A DNA stretch of 62,755 bases from Campylobacterales bacterium (GTDB lineage Bacteria; Campylobacterota; Campylobacteria; Campylobacterales; QNZT01), in contig JAMOMC010000112.1 in assembly GCA_027068765.1 (NCBI GenBank), forward strand, positions 1 to 62,755, in the 5' to 3' direction. The notes below the pieces were generated by a model. That model was not told where the DNA came from. It did no database searches and was given only the letters and a program-made list of their open reading frames with translations. Both the position numbers and the translations under genes were made by a program. Shown piece by piece: positions 28,588 through 39,498 of the stretch. Within the stretch, counting starts at the first letter, position 1; each line of letters begins with the position of its first letter.

Positions 28588-29904
28588 ATGAAAAAATTTC
28601 TTTTATCTTTTGCACTAGTTTTTGCAATATTTTTCCCAACTCTCTCAAGTGCAGGTACTGCTGCTGAGTTTGATGAAAATGCTGTACAGAGCGAGTATGA
28701 ATCAAAATCAGTAGGTGAACTTTTTGGAAGTTTTTATAACTCAACAGGATTAAATGCACTAATTAGTCCAGAAGATGGCGTGAAAACTGCTAGTGGCGAG
28801 GATATGTCCATTTTTGAGCAGGGCTTGGGTCGTTTGATTATGTTTGCTATATGTCTTACGCTTCTCTATCTTGCGGTTGCGAAAAATTTTGAACCACTTC
28901 TTTTAATTCCTATAGGTTTTGGTGGACTTTTGGCAAATATTCCTATCGCAAATTTAGGAGCAGATGATGGAATGCTTGGTATTATCTATAACATGGGTAT
29001 TGCAAATGAATTTTTTCCTCTTCTTATCTTCATGGGAGTTGGAGCGATGACCGATTTTGGTCCACTTCTTTCAAATCCTAAAACTGCAATTTTGGGGGGA
29101 GCGGCTCAATTTGGAATTTTTGGCTCTTTAGTTGCAGCAGCTAGTTTATCTCAACTTGGAATTTTTGATTTTACACTTCAGCAGAGCTCTGCTATTAGTA
29201 TTATAGGTGGTGCTGATGGACCTACATCGATTTTTATAGCCAGTGAATTAGCTCCTGAGCTTTTAGGTGCAATTGCCGTTGCTGCTTATTCGTATATGGC
29301 ACTTGTTCCTGTTATTCAGCCTCCAATTATGAGAGCACTTACAACTGAAGCTGAGAGAAAAATCAGAATGGTTACATTAAGACAAGTATCTAAAATGGAG
29401 AAGATGATTTTTCCACTTATTGTACTTTCACTTACTATATTGGTTTTGCCAGATGCTGCTCCTTTAATTGGAGCTTTTTGTTTTGGAAACTTCTGTAAAG
29501 AGGTAGGTGTTGTAGAGAGATTAAGTGATACTATGCAAAATGCTCTTATAAATATAGTAACTATATTTTTAGGTCTTGGTGTTGGATCAAAACTTGCATC
29601 TGATCAATTTTTAGCAGCTGAGACTTTAGGAATTATGATTATCGGTTTGGCGGCTTTTGCTGTTGGTACTGCTTCTGGAGTCTTAATGGCAAAAGTTATG
29701 AATAAATATAGCAAAGATCCTATCAACCCTCTTATTGGGGCGGCTGGAGTCTCTGCTGTTCCTATGTCTGCAAGAGTTGTTAGTAAAGTAGGACAAGAGT
29801 ACAATAAATCAAATGTATTACTTATGCATGCGATGGGTCCAAATGTAGCGGGTGTTATTGGTTCGGCTGTTGCTGCTGGTGTACTTATATCTATATTTAA
29901 GTAG
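28588..29904 (+). CDS. oadB: Na+-translocating decarboxylase beta subunit
   Basis: [44 protein letters not shown]. Confidence 0.95.
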   Translation: MKKFLLSFALVFAIFFPTLSSAGTAAEFDENAVQSEYESKSVGELFGSFYNSTGLNALISPEDGVKTASGEDMSIFEQGLGRLIMFAICLTLLYLAVAKNFEPLLLIPIGFGGLLANIPIANLGADDGMLGIIYNMGIANEFFPLLIFMGVGAMTDFGPLLSNPKTAILGGAAQFGIFGSLVAAASLSQLGIFDFTLQQSSAISIIGGADGPTSIFIASELAPELLGAIAVAAYSYMALVPVIQPPIMRALTTEAERKIRMVTLRQVSKMEKMIFPLIVLSLTILVLPDAAPLIGAFCFGNFCKEVGVVERLSDTMQNALINIVTIFLGLGVGSKLASDQFLAAETLGIMIIGLAAFAVGTASGVLMAKVMNKYSKDPINPLIGAAGVSAVPMSARVVSKVGQEYNKSNVLLMHAMGPNVAGVIGSAVAAGVLISIFK

Positions 29905-29960
29905 ATTTTATGGTTAAGGTAAATATAATATTGTATTAAAATATTAAGGAAAAGAAAACT

Positions 29961-31541
29961 ATGGTCACGGCTGAGGATTTAAAGAGTTTAGGGTTAGCTA
30001 ATGTGGAGGATGTTTTTTATAATTCAACTTATGAAGAGCTAAGAGAGCGTGAGCAAGAAGAGGGTTTAAAATTCTCTAGTAGCGGTGCTGCGATGGTAGA
30101 TACTGGTATCTTCACAGGTAGAAGTCCTAAAGATAAATTCTTTGTAAAACAAGATCCCTCAAGCAAATATATAGCTTGGGGAGATATAAATTTTGAAACT
30201 TCAAAAGATGTTTTTGACTCTCTTTTTGAAAAAGTAAAAATGCAACTTTCAAATAAAAAAATATATATTCAAGACCTTTTTTGTGGTGCTAGTGAAAATA
30301 GTAAAAAAAAGGTACGATTTGTAACTGAAATTGCTTGGCAAGCTCATTTTGTAAAAAATATGTTCATAAGACCAAAAGTTGAAGAGTTAGATGGTTTTAC
30401 TCCTGACTTTGTTGTATATAATGCTTGTAAAGTTGTAAATGATGATTTTAAAAAAGATGGTTTAAACTCTGAAGTTTTTGTGATTTTTAATATTGAAGAG
30501 AATATCGCAATCATAGGTGGTACTTGGTATGGAGGAGAGATGAAAAAGGGAATCTTCTCTATGATGAACTACTGGTTGCCATTAGAGGGTAAACTTCCTA
30601 TGCACTGTTCTGCAAATGTTGGAAAAGATGGAGATACAGCTTTATTCTTTGGACTCTCTGGAACAGGAAAAACTACACTATCAGCTGATCCAAAACGAAG
30701 TCTCATTGGTGATGATGAGCATGGTTGGGATGATGATGGTGTTTTTAATTTTGAGGGTGGTTGTTATGCCAAATGTATAGGCTTAAATGCCGAGAGTGAA
30801 CCTGAAATTTTTGGAGCTATAAAAGATAATGCACTTTTAGAAAATGTTGTAGCAAATGCAAATGGTGTTGTTGATTTTAATGATGCTAGTAAGACTGAAA
30901 ATACAAGAGTCTCATACCCAATTGATCATATTGAAAATCATGAGGCTTCTTTGCAAGCTGGACACCCTAAAAATATAATCTTTTTGAGTGCAGATGCTTT
31001 TGGTGTACTTCCTCCTGTTAGCAAGCTTACAAAAGAGCAGGCGATGTACTATTTTTTAAGTGGATATACCGCAAAAGTTGCAGGAACAGAGAGAGGTGTT
31101 ACTGAGCCAACTGCTACTTTTTCTGCTTGTTTTGGAGAGGCATTTTTACCACAACATCCAACAGTATATGCAAAACTTCTTGGTGAAAAGATAGAGAAGC
31201 ACAATGTAAATGTCTATCTTGTAAATACTGGCTGGAGTGGTGGTGCATATGGTGTTGGGAAAAGAATGAGTTTAAAAACTACAAGAGCTTGTATAGATGC
31301 TATTATGGATGGTTCAATTTTAAAGAGTAAATTTGGAACAACAGTTAGATTTGGATTACATTTTCCTGAAACTTTACCTGGAGTTTGTGAGACTATACTA
31401 AATCCAAAACATGCTTGGGAGAGTAGAGAATCATATCTTAAAACAAGAGATTATTTAGCAAAGCTTTATATTGAGAATTTTAAAAAATACCTTAAAGATG
31501 ATGCGGAGTTTGATTATTCTAAAGCTGGACCACAAATGTAA
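29961..31541 (+). CDS. pckA: Phosphoenolpyruvate carboxykinase (ATP)
   Basis: [35 protein letters not shown]. Confidence 0.97.
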   Translation: MVTAEDLKSLGLANVEDVFYNSTYEELREREQEEGLKFSSSGAAMVDTGIFTGRSPKDKFFVKQDPSSKYIAWGDINFETSKDVFDSLFEKVKMQLSNKKIYIQDLFCGASENSKKKVRFVTEIAWQAHFVKNMFIRPKVEELDGFTPDFVVYNACKVVNDDFKKDGLNSEVFVIFNIEENIAIIGGTWYGGEMKKGIFSMMNYWLPLEGKLPMHCSANVGKDGDTALFFGLSGTGKTTLSADPKRSLIGDDEHGWDDDGVFNFEGGCYAKCIGLNAESEPEIFGAIKDNALLENVVANANGVVDFNDASKTENTRVSYPIDHIENHEASLQAGHPKNIIFLSADAFGVLPPVSKLTKEQAMYYFLSGYTAKVAGTERGVTEPTATFSACFGEAFLPQHPTVYAKLLGEKIEKHNVNVYLVNTGWSGGAYGVGKRMSLKTTRACIDAIMDGSILKSKFGTTVRFGLHFPETLPGVCETILNPKHAWESRESYLKTRDYLAKLYIENFKKYLKDDAEFDYSKAGPQM

Positions 31542-31545
31542 ATAT

Positions 31546-32703
31546 ATGAAAAATATTCTTATTTTAGGTGGAGGATTTGCTGGTGTTGAAGCAGCAATTT
31601 ACTTGAGAAAAAAGGGTTTTGAAGTTACGATTATCTCAAATCGTGACTTTTTATATATATATCCAACTTCTATCTGGATACCTGTTGGTACCTCCTCTTT
31701 TGAAAATAACTGCATCTCTTTAGAGAGCTTAAAAAAAGTACATGGATTTAATTTAATTATTGATGAAGTTGAAGTTATAAAAACTAAAGAGAGAAAAATT
31801 TATTGTAAAAATAAAACTTATGAATTTGAGTATTTAGTTATCGCAATTGGCAGTGGGAAAGTGAGTCATGAGGGTATTTCTAATACTTTAACAATTTGTG
31901 GGGAGCCAAAAGAATCAATAAAATTAAAAAATAAGATAGATAAGCTGATAGTAAAAGGTAATGGAAAAATCTCTATTGGTTTTGGAGCAAATCCAAAAGA
32001 TGCAAGCAATGTTAGAGGTGGCCCTGCATTTGAGCTTCTTTTTAATCTCCATAATAAACTTCAAAAGCTTGGAATTAGAGATAATTTTGAGTTGACATTT
32101 TTTGCCCCGATGAGTGAACCAGGAGCAAGAATGGGAAAAAATGCATTAAAACTTATGGATAAACTTTATAAAAAGCTAGATATAAAACAGCAAATTGGAA
32201 AGAAAATTTTGAGATTTGAAGAGAGTGGAATTTTATTTGAAGATAATATATTTATTGAGAGTGATTTGACTATGTTTATTGCAGCTGGTGATGGTCATAA
32301 TGTTTTTAAAAACTCAAATCTTTCATTAAATGATGCAGGCTTGATTAATATAAATGACTTTTGTGAAGTGCTTGGAGAAGAGAAAGTTTATGCTATTGGT
32401 GATAGTGTATCATTAAAAGGACCTAATTGGAGAGCAAAACAGGGGCATTTAGCAGAAGTGATGGCTAAAAATGTTGCTTTTAATATAGATGCAAAAAGTG
32501 ATAGTGATAAAAAAAGTTACACTAAGCATCTTAATATTTTATGTGTGATGGATAGTGGAAATGGAGCTATGTTTGTATATAGAAGTGAAAAAAGAGCTCT
32601 ATTGATACCTCTTCCTATCATTGGGCACTGGCTTAAAAAAGGTTGGGGATGGTACTACAAAAATTCCAAACTAAATAAGATACCTAGAATCCCTGGGATG
32701 TAA
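31546..32703 (+). CDS. FAD-dependent oxidoreductase, sulfide:quinone oxidoreductase family
   Basis: Probable ATG at 31546; GGGFAG FAD motif, LTICG, GGPAFE, YAIGD, LCVMDSG, amphipathic C-terminal helix. Confidence 0.7.
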   Translation: MKNILILGGGFAGVEAAIYLRKKGFEVTIISNRDFLYIYPTSIWIPVGTSSFENNCISLESLKKVHGFNLIIDEVEVIKTKERKIYCKNKTYEFEYLVIAIGSGKVSHEGISNTLTICGEPKESIKLKNKIDKLIVKGNGKISIGFGANPKDASNVRGGPAFELLFNLHNKLQKLGIRDNFELTFFAPMSEPGARMGKNALKLMDKLYKKLDIKQQIGKKILRFEESGILFEDNIFIESDLTMFIAAGDGHNVFKNSNLSLNDAGLININDFCEVLGEEKVYAIGDSVSLKGPNWRAKQGHLAEVMAKNVAFNIDAKSDSDKKSYTKHLNILCVMDSGNGAMFVYRSEKRALLIPLPIIGHWLKKGWGWYYKNSKLNKIPRIPGM

Positions 32704-32722
32704 CAATCCATTAACAACTTTT

Positions 32723-32731
32723 TGTTATAAT
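32723..32731 (+). promoter_or_regulatory. Extended -10 promoter element for argH
   Basis: TGTTATAAT followed by an AAGGGG RBS. Confidence 0.6.
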
Positions 32732-32752
32732 CTCTATACTTAAGGGGATTAT

Positions 32753-34141
32753 ATGGCAAAACTTGCGACTGGTAGAGTTACAGTAAAAAGCTCTAAGCTT
32801 TTAGATGAGTTTAATGCATCGTTAATGTTCGATAAAAAATTGTATGCTGAAGATATTAAAGGTTCTTTAGCTCATGCTTGTATGCTTAAAAAACAAGGAA
32901 TTTTAACAGATGATGAGTTAAAACAGATAGAAGATGGTTTAGTGCAAGTAAAAAGTGAGATTGAGAGTGAAAAATTTCTCTTTGATATATCTGATGAAGA
33001 TATTCACATGGCGATTGAAAAACGCTTAACTGAGATTATTGGAGATGCAGGTAAAAAACTCCATACCGCAAGAAGTAGAAATGATCAAGTAGCTTTAGAT
33101 TTTCGTTTATATGTTCAAAAAAGTGGTAAAAACTTAGAGAGTTTAACTATAAATCTTATGAAAACTCTCTTAAATATTGCAAAAAAACACGACAAAACAA
33201 TGCTTCCTGGCATGACACATCTCCAACATGCTCAACCTATAAATTTTGCCTATCATATGTTAGCATATGTAGCAATGTTTCAAAGAGATGTGCAGAGGTT
33301 TAGTGATAGTTATAAAAGAAACAACCTCTCTCCTTTGGGGTGTGCGGCACTTGCTGGAACTCCATATGATATAGATAGAGAATTTACAGCCAAAAAGCTT
33401 GGATTTGATGGAGTTAGTATCAATTGTCTTGATACAGTTAGTGATAGAGATTTTGCATTGGAGATACTTTTTAATATTGCAACTTTATTAACTCACATAT
33501 CAAGATTGGCAGAAGAGCTTGTTATCTGGTCTAGTTGTGAGTTTTCTTTTGTGGCTCTTAGTGATGAGTATTCGACAAGCTCTTCTATAATGCCACAAAA
33601 GAAAAACCCTGATGTACCTGAGCTTTTACGAGGGAAAACTGGACGAGTTTATGGAAATTTAATCTCCCTTTTAACAGTTTTAAAAGGTTTGCCTTTAGCT
33701 TATAATAAAGATATGCAAGAGGATAAAGAGGGTGTTTTTGATAGTGTAGAGACTGCTGATATTTCGCTTCGTATTTTAAATGAAGCTATGTTGACACTAA
33801 GTGTAAATGAGAAAAAGATGCAAGATGCTTGTAAAATTGGGCATCTTAGTGCTACTGATTTAGCTGATTATCTTGTGAACAAGTGTGATATACCATTTCG
33901 AGATGCTTATAAGATTACGGGTTCTATCGTAGTTTTAGCTGAGAAATTGGGTGTTGATTTAAGTGAAATTGCACTAGAAAATCTAAAAATGGTTGATAGT
34001 AGGATAGATGAAGATGTGTTAGAGTATTTAAACTTAAGAAACTCTATGAATGCAAGAGATTCTCAAGGCGGAACTTCAACTAAAGAGACAAAAAGACAGA
34101 TAGAGTATTTTGAAAAATGGGTGAAAAATTATGAAAAATAG
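32753..34141 (+). CDS. argH: Argininosuccinate lyase
   Basis: [41 protein letters not shown]. Confidence 0.97.
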   Translation: MAKLATGRVTVKSSKLLDEFNASLMFDKKLYAEDIKGSLAHACMLKKQGILTDDELKQIEDGLVQVKSEIESEKFLFDISDEDIHMAIEKRLTEIIGDAGKKLHTARSRNDQVALDFRLYVQKSGKNLESLTINLMKTLLNIAKKHDKTMLPGMTHLQHAQPINFAYHMLAYVAMFQRDVQRFSDSYKRNNLSPLGCAALAGTPYDIDREFTAKKLGFDGVSINCLDTVSDRDFALEILFNIATLLTHISRLAEELVIWSSCEFSFVALSDEYSTSSSIMPQKKNPDVPELLRGKTGRVYGNLISLLTVLKGLPLAYNKDMQEDKEGVFDSVETADISLRILNEAMLTLSVNEKKMQDACKIGHLSATDLADYLVNKCDIPFRDAYKITGSIVVLAEKLGVDLSEIALENLKMVDSRIDEDVLEYLNLRNSMNARDSQGGTSTKETKRQIEYFEKWVKNYEK

Positions 34142-34736
34142 ATTTTACTATATTTTGATAATAGCTATTTTGATGAGTGGGTGCAAAGGTGTAGATCTCA
34201 TAAAAGATAAAGAGAATATAGAAGTTGATATTGATTTGGATACAGATGTATCTCAAGGATTAGAGGCTCACAATAGTATTAGAGATAGGTTTTTTGATAA
34301 AGCATTAAGTTGGAGTGCTAAGCTACAAAAAGATGCACAAGATTATGCAAATAAGTTAGCAAATAGTGGAAAATTTGAACACGATCCTAAAAACATAGAT
34401 AAGAACTATGGGGAAAACCTTTATGCAAGTGTTAGTGGTAAGAGTAAAATCCCTACATTTAAAGATGCAGTTGAAAATTGGGCTGTTGAAGAGAGGTATT
34501 ATAACTATAGTGATAATAGTTGTAGTGTAGATGCAGGTAATACAGATAAAGTTAATCTTACAACATATAATACTTGTGGACACTACACACAGATAATTTG
34601 GAAAAGTACCTCTTATTTAGGTTGTGCTAAAGCCAAGTATAAAACAGGTGAGTTAAAAGATGGATATATCATCGTTTGCAAATATAGCTCACCTGGAAAT
34701 ATAGTTTTTAATGGTACAGCACTAAAGCCATATTAG
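34131..34736 (+). CDS. CAP (SCP/PR-1) domain lipoprotein
   Basis: Lipobox MSGC; [27 protein letters not shown]. Confidence 0.88.
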   Translation: MKNRFYYILIIAILMSGCKGVDLIKDKENIEVDIDLDTDVSQGLEAHNSIRDRFFDKALSWSAKLQKDAQDYANKLANSGKFEHDPKNIDKNYGENLYASVSGKSKIPTFKDAVENWAVEERYYNYSDNSCSVDAGNTDKVNLTTYNTCGHYTQIIWKSTSYLGCAKAKYKTGELKDGYIIVCKYSSPGNIVFNGTALKPY

Positions 34737-35089
34737 AGAGATTTATGAGTCTCTTTTGGGCTAAAGTGAGGCCAGCTAAGTTTAGTTCCACCTAAAAGAT
34801 GAAAATGAAGATGTGGTACTTCTTGTCCACCATCTTCTCCATTGTTTAAAATCAATCTATATCCGCTTAAATTTAAACCCATTTTTGAAGCTACTTCTTG
34901 AATAAATGGAGTTATATTAGCCATAAGCTCACTAGATGCATCTTGAAATTTCTCAACATGAGCTTTAGGAATAATCAAAAGGTGAATTGGTGCTCTAGGA
35001 TTTACATCATGAAAACATAAAAATTCTTCACTCTCTAATATCTTATTTGATGGAATTTCTCCATCTACAATTTTACAAAATATACACAT
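34733..35089 (-). CDS. hinT: Histidine triad nucleotide-binding protein
   Basis: CIFCKI, GQEVPHLHFHLLGG. Confidence 0.93.
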   Translation of the reverse strand: MCIFCKIVDGEIPSNKILESEEFLCFHDVNPRAPIHLLIIPKAHVEKFQDASSELMANITPFIQEVASKMGLNLSGYRLILNNGEDGGQEVPHLHFHLLGGTKLSWPHFSPKETHKSL

Positions 35090-35111
35090 TTTTAACTCCT
35101 TTTTTATGATT

Positions 35112-36752
35112 TTATTGTAAATGAGCTTTGTTTTGATATATTTTAGGGATTAAACTTCTATATGTAGAAAATTGTGCTGCATACTTGGCTTGTTGTTGGC
35201 GTTGAGATTTGACTATATCAAAATTAAGATCTTTTACAATCTCAACAATATCAAGATTGGGCTCAATCTCTAATTCAGATGCAACTTCATATACCATCAT
35301 ACGGATATTATCACTTGAAAAACCCTCTGTGTATTTGACAAGTTCTTGTCTTTTTTTATATTTTTTTATATCTATACCTTTGCTTTGAAACATTAACTCG
35401 ATAAATGAGCTTCTCTCATCTTTGTTAAGGTCAAAAATTGGTAATTTTATCTCAATTCGACGTTGAAAGTCTACTGGAAACATTTGTGGTCTTGATGTAT
35501 TAAAAATCCAAAATACTCTCCCTCTATCGCTATTATCTGCCATCCAATCAAGAAATATTGCTGTTAGTTCTTGATCTGTTTGATGTGCCTGTTTTGCTTG
35601 TGGATCTGGAAAAAGTTTATCAGCTTCGGATTTAAAGATGGCGATTTTGTTAAAAGATTTAGCTACCATTTTAATTTTTTCTAAAATTACAGCAGTCTCT
35701 CCATACCATTTTGATTTAATAGTTTGAAGTTTCATAATGGGAATTCCAGCTTCATATAAAAAAGCTTCTGTTTGAAAATCTTTACCAGTACCAGTTGCTC
35801 CAATATAAGCTATAGCTCTCCAAGGATTTTTACTATTCATTCTTTTTATTAAAGTGCGGGCTTTAGCTTTTAAATCTTCATATCCTATCACTTGTTCAAA
35901 TCCATAAGTAGGATGTAGTACCTTCACATGGCTTCCAAGGCTTTTTTCAATAATCTTAGCTACCTCATTTTTTATATGTGCTGTAATTCTTTTAGGCTCT
36001 TGTTTTAAAATAGATTGAAGTGTTACAAGTGTTATGCCAGCACTAAGTGCTGCAATCTCTTTTATCTGTTCATCTTTAATACCTTTATCATAAATAGCAT
36101 TTTCATAAGATATAAAAGCAACTCTTGTCTCTTCATCTGGCAGTGGTACTTCTATTTGATATAGTCCCATTATCGCTCTAACACCTTGTGAAATTGCTAA
36201 AAAGCTCTCTGATAATAGTATTACAGAGTCACTAGAGTTTGTAAACTCTCCGCTACCTAGCATCTCTCTTGCTAAAGATAAAATAAGTCTTTCATCATTA
36301 CTCATATGCTCAACTGGTTTATTTGGAAAAACAATATCAGCATCATCAATTAAAACTACTAAGTTTTTTAACTCTGTATCTTTATATTTTTTTCGCATTT
36401 CTCTATATGAGGAGAGTAGAACTTTTATCATATGAAGTCCAGATAAAATATCATATTTTGTATGTGCATAGTCCAATGAAAAAGCTTTTTGGTGAATCTC
36501 TTTTAGAGTAGGGTCAATTGAATAAAACTCATCTAAATCTCTTTTATCTGTATATTTTATACCAACAGAGGGGCTAAAGTAGAGAAGATGATTATTTTTT
36601 TGTAGTTTTTCAATGAGAATCTCTTCAATCTGTTTTACATTTTGTCTATTTTTCTCTTTATATATTGCAATATCATTAATATTTCCAGTTACTGCAAATA
36701 GATTTGTAGCCACACTTTTATATGCATAGGCGATCTCATTATATAGTTTCAT
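35112..36752 (-). CDS. Two-module AAA+ ATPase (degenerate N-terminal module + Vps4/CDC48-like module)
   Basis: N-module GNIND / VVLIDDAD; C-module GATGTGKD, pore loop SKWYGET, IAIFKSEAD, NTSRPQMFPVDFQRRIE. Confidence 0.8.
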   Translation of the reverse strand: MKLYNEIAYAYKSVATNLFAVTGNINDIAIYKEKNRQNVKQIEEILIEKLQKNNHLLYFSPSVGIKYTDKRDLDEFYSIDPTLKEIHQKAFSLDYAHTKYDILSGLHMIKVLLSSYREMRKKYKDTELKNLVVLIDDADIVFPNKPVEHMSNDERLILSLAREMLGSGEFTNSSDSVILLSESFLAISQGVRAIMGLYQIEVPLPDEETRVAFISYENAIYDKGIKDEQIKEIAALSAGITLVTLQSILKQEPKRITAHIKNEVAKIIEKSLGSHVKVLHPTYGFEQVIGYEDLKAKARTLIKRMNSKNPWRAIAYIGATGTGKDFQTEAFLYEAGIPIMKLQTIKSKWYGETAVILEKIKMVAKSFNKIAIFKSEADKLFPDPQAKQAHQTDQELTAIFLDWMADNSDRGRVFWIFNTSRPQMFPVDFQRRIEIKLPIFDLNKDERSSFIELMFQSKGIDIKKYKKRQELVKYTEGFSSDNIRMMVYEVASELEIEPNLDIVEIVKDLNFDIVKSQRQQQAKYAAQFSTYRSLIPKIYQNKAHLQ

Positions 36753-37665
36753 TTACATTCTCCAAGTTGTTTTGTTGTCGTGCATCTGGGTGTTCGAGTG
36801 AGAAATTTTTCTCATCTTGTCTAAATTTAGGGTTAAAACACTCATGTTTTACTCTCTCAATCCATTTTATTGTAAAAGGTGATTTGATTCTCTCATTCAT
36901 TGAAATATTTTGACCATTTAGAGGGTGTGCAGAGTCAAATGCAATTTTAGCTCCACTTTGATTACCATCATAGTGAGGAGTTAATGCTAATAATCTTGTT
37001 GCCAATGCAGGAACATCTCCATCTAAATCATGTGTGACAAATATAATAGTTAAGTTATTTTTCTCTTTAAGTTCTATTAAGTTTTTTCGCATAGCCATTT
37101 TAGTCTCTGGGTCAAGTGCAGAGAAAGCTTCATCCATTAATAATACAGAAGGCTTTAGTGCTAAAGCCGAAGCAATTGCAACTCTTTGTTTTTGTCCACC
37201 TGAGAGTTGATGAGGATATTTAAGTGCATGTTCATCCATCTCAACAAGCTTTAAATTTTGTATAGCTATTTTTTCAAGACTTTTCATAAAAGGTGTTTTG
37301 ATTTTAAATAATTTTAATATATCATACATAAGATTTTTCATAAAACTGCACTGGTCAAGATATAACCCTTGGGTAACATTTCCAACTGCTGTATAGTTTG
37401 GAAAAAGTGAATAGTTTTGTGCTATAAATCCCATATGGCGATTTGGGCCTCTCACTTTTTGATTTTTGACATTTATGATACCACGACTTGGAAGCTCTTC
37501 TCCCAATATTTGACGAAGTAGTGTTGATTTGCCTGCTCCTGATGGACCAACAAAACAGACTATCTCTCCTTGTCGAATACTTAAATTTACCGATTTTAAA
37601 ACATGATGTTTTCCATATGAAACATCTAGATTATCTATTTGAATAAGGTAATTATCATTTTTCAT
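36739..37665 (-). CDS. ABC transporter ATP-binding subunit, NitT/TauT family
   Basis: GPSGAGKST, YPHQLSGGQKQR, LLMDEAFSALD, VTHD. Confidence 0.93.
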   Translation of the reverse strand: MKNDNYLIQIDNLDVSYGKHHVLKSVNLSIRQGEIVCFVGPSGAGKSTLLRQILGEELPSRGIINVKNQKVRGPNRHMGFIAQNYSLFPNYTAVGNVTQGLYLDQCSFMKNLMYDILKLFKIKTPFMKSLEKIAIQNLKLVEMDEHALKYPHQLSGGQKQRVAIASALALKPSVLLMDEAFSALDPETKMAMRKNLIELKEKNNLTIIFVTHDLDGDVPALATRLLALTPHYDGNQSGAKIAFDSAHPLNGQNISMNERIKSPFTIKWIERVKHECFNPKFRQDEKNFSLEHPDARQQNNLENVNETI

Positions 37666-38483
37666 TATTTACTTCCTAAATACCACGGGTATCGTTTTTT
37701 TATAATAAACTCTATTGAGAAGAAAATTGTCATAGCAATAATGGTAATTAATATAATGTATGGAAATATAATATCATTTGCTGAAAATCGTTTTAAAATA
37801 AAAATACGAGTACCTAAACCATATTGAGCACCAAGTGTCTCTCCATAAAGTAATGCAAACCATACAAGAGGCAGGTTTATCTTTAATGATTGTAAAATGC
37901 TTGGCATTATTATGTATAAGTTTTCTCGTCCTATTTCCCACTCACTTGCACCTTTTGTAAATAGTAGAGTGTTTAGATTTCGAGGTATTTTTTTTATCTG
38001 ATTTACAATATCTTTAACTAGTACAAAAAACAGTGCTAAAAAGATAAAAAGTATACTAAGCTCATATCCAGGGTCTGCTATTAAAAATAGTATAGGCACA
38101 ATAGCGGCAGGAGGTACGGAACTAAAAACATTAACTATCGGCATTAAACTTGCATTGATAAACGGAAAAGTTCCTGCTAACACTCCTATACAAAGTGCAA
38201 AGATAAAAGCTAAAGAGATTCCTGCAAATAGTGAGCCCATAGAGGCTTTAATATCTTCTACAAATTGATTTGTGCCACTTCGTTTATCGATTTTAATTAC
38301 AAAAGTTGACATTGAGTCATACATTTTTGATATGCTAGGAAGTACCTTATCTCTAGGATTTTCTAAAAGACGCTCTTTTGAGAAGTGGTCATATATAAAA
38401 AATGCCATTAAAAATGGTAAAAAACCCAACACTAACCGCCCCCAAAGAGGTACTTTGGCACGGTTTCCAAACTTAAATCGCAT
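37665..38483 (-). CDS. ABC transporter permease, NitT/TauT (SsuC/TauC-like)
   Basis: Six TM helices, VPPAAIVP, degenerate EAA loop (TKGASEWEI), GETLGAQYGLG. Confidence 0.88.
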   Translation of the reverse strand: MRFKFGNRAKVPLWGRLVLGFLPFLMAFFIYDHFSKERLLENPRDKVLPSISKMYDSMSTFVIKIDKRSGTNQFVEDIKASMGSLFAGISLAFIFALCIGVLAGTFPFINASLMPIVNVFSSVPPAAIVPILFLIADPGYELSILFIFLALFFVLVKDIVNQIKKIPRNLNTLLFTKGASEWEIGRENLYIIMPSILQSLKINLPLVWFALLYGETLGAQYGLGTRIFILKRFSANDIIFPYIILITIIAMTIFFSIEFIIKKRYPWYLGSK

Positions 38484-38493
38484 TTTTTAAACC

Positions 38494-39480
38494 TTATTTA
38501 ATATCAAAATAGATTGTTGCAGGAACTTTTGTATCTCCGCCATTTTTATCATCTAATTTATAACTTATACTATCAGCTAAAAATTCATTCTCTACTGCTA
38601 AATTGTATGTATCTTTTTGTAGTGTTGGTAGAGAATTTTTAAAAAACTCTAGTTCTTGTTTTGGAGAGAAAATCTTTGCACCATTTAACATAGTTTTAGC
38701 TTCTCCTACTGAAGAACCCATATCATCGGCGATTGCTAACATAAAATTGTTATACTCTTTACCTCTTTTTGAGTGAATAACACTCGCTGTCTTATCCCAA
38801 CAAGCCCTTAAAAAAGCTGCTTTTTTATCAAAATTTTCAACATTTTTACCCAAAACAATCATATCGATGATAAGACCTGGAAAATCTGCACTTGAGGCGA
38901 TTGTCTTTTTTGATTTGGTCTGCTGAAGAAGATACTCAAGAGCAGGATTCCAAGTGACTATATTGTCAATTTTACCAGCATCATAAGCTGAACGAAGGTT
39001 TGAGTCTAAATCCATATGTCTTATCTTAAAATCTTTATAAGGATCAAAACCTGCCTTTTTAGCTGCTTTTATCCAAAGTTGCTCTGAAATTGACTTTGTA
39101 ATCATCCATATTTCTTTGCCTTTTAAATCACTAATTGTCTCTGCTTTTCTTGAGATAACACCATCATTTCCATTACTAAAATCTTGTAAAACTACAGATA
39201 CACTTGGACGAGAACTAATGGCAGTCATTTGATCTAAATTTGTAACAGTAACCGCATCAGCTTTTGTGGATTTGAAGTAATCCAATGATTGTAAATAATC
39301 AGGATAATAGACAATTTTTAATTTACAATTGTGCTCTTTTTCAACACTTTTATATAGACCTGAATTTTGAGATGCATTTATTGCATTCCAATTTACATAT
39401 GCTGATGTTGTGAGAGTTACATCACAATCAGATGCAAATAATTGCATAGATGCAAAAGCTAAAATATATATTTTTTTCAT
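38494..39480 (-). CDS. ABC substrate-binding protein, NMT1/SsuA/TauA-like (resembles urea-carboxylase-associated binding proteins)
   Basis: Signal peptide; DYLQSL, TVTNLD, DFSNGNDGV, VTWNP, FPGLIIDMIV. Confidence 0.82.
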   Translation of the reverse strand: MKKIYILAFASMQLFASDCDVTLTTSAYVNWNAINASQNSGLYKSVEKEHNCKLKIVYYPDYLQSLDYFKSTKADAVTVTNLDQMTAISSRPSVSVVLQDFSNGNDGVISRKAETISDLKGKEIWMITKSISEQLWIKAAKKAGFDPYKDFKIRHMDLDSNLRSAYDAGKIDNIVTWNPALEYLLQQTKSKKTIASSADFPGLIIDMIVLGKNVENFDKKAAFLRACWDKTASVIHSKRGKEYNNFMLAIADDMGSSVGEAKTMLNGAKIFSPKQELEFFKNSLPTLQKDTYNLAVENEFLADSISYKLDDKNGGDTKVPATIYFDIK

Positions 39481-39498
39481 TTTTTTTCCTTTAATTAA

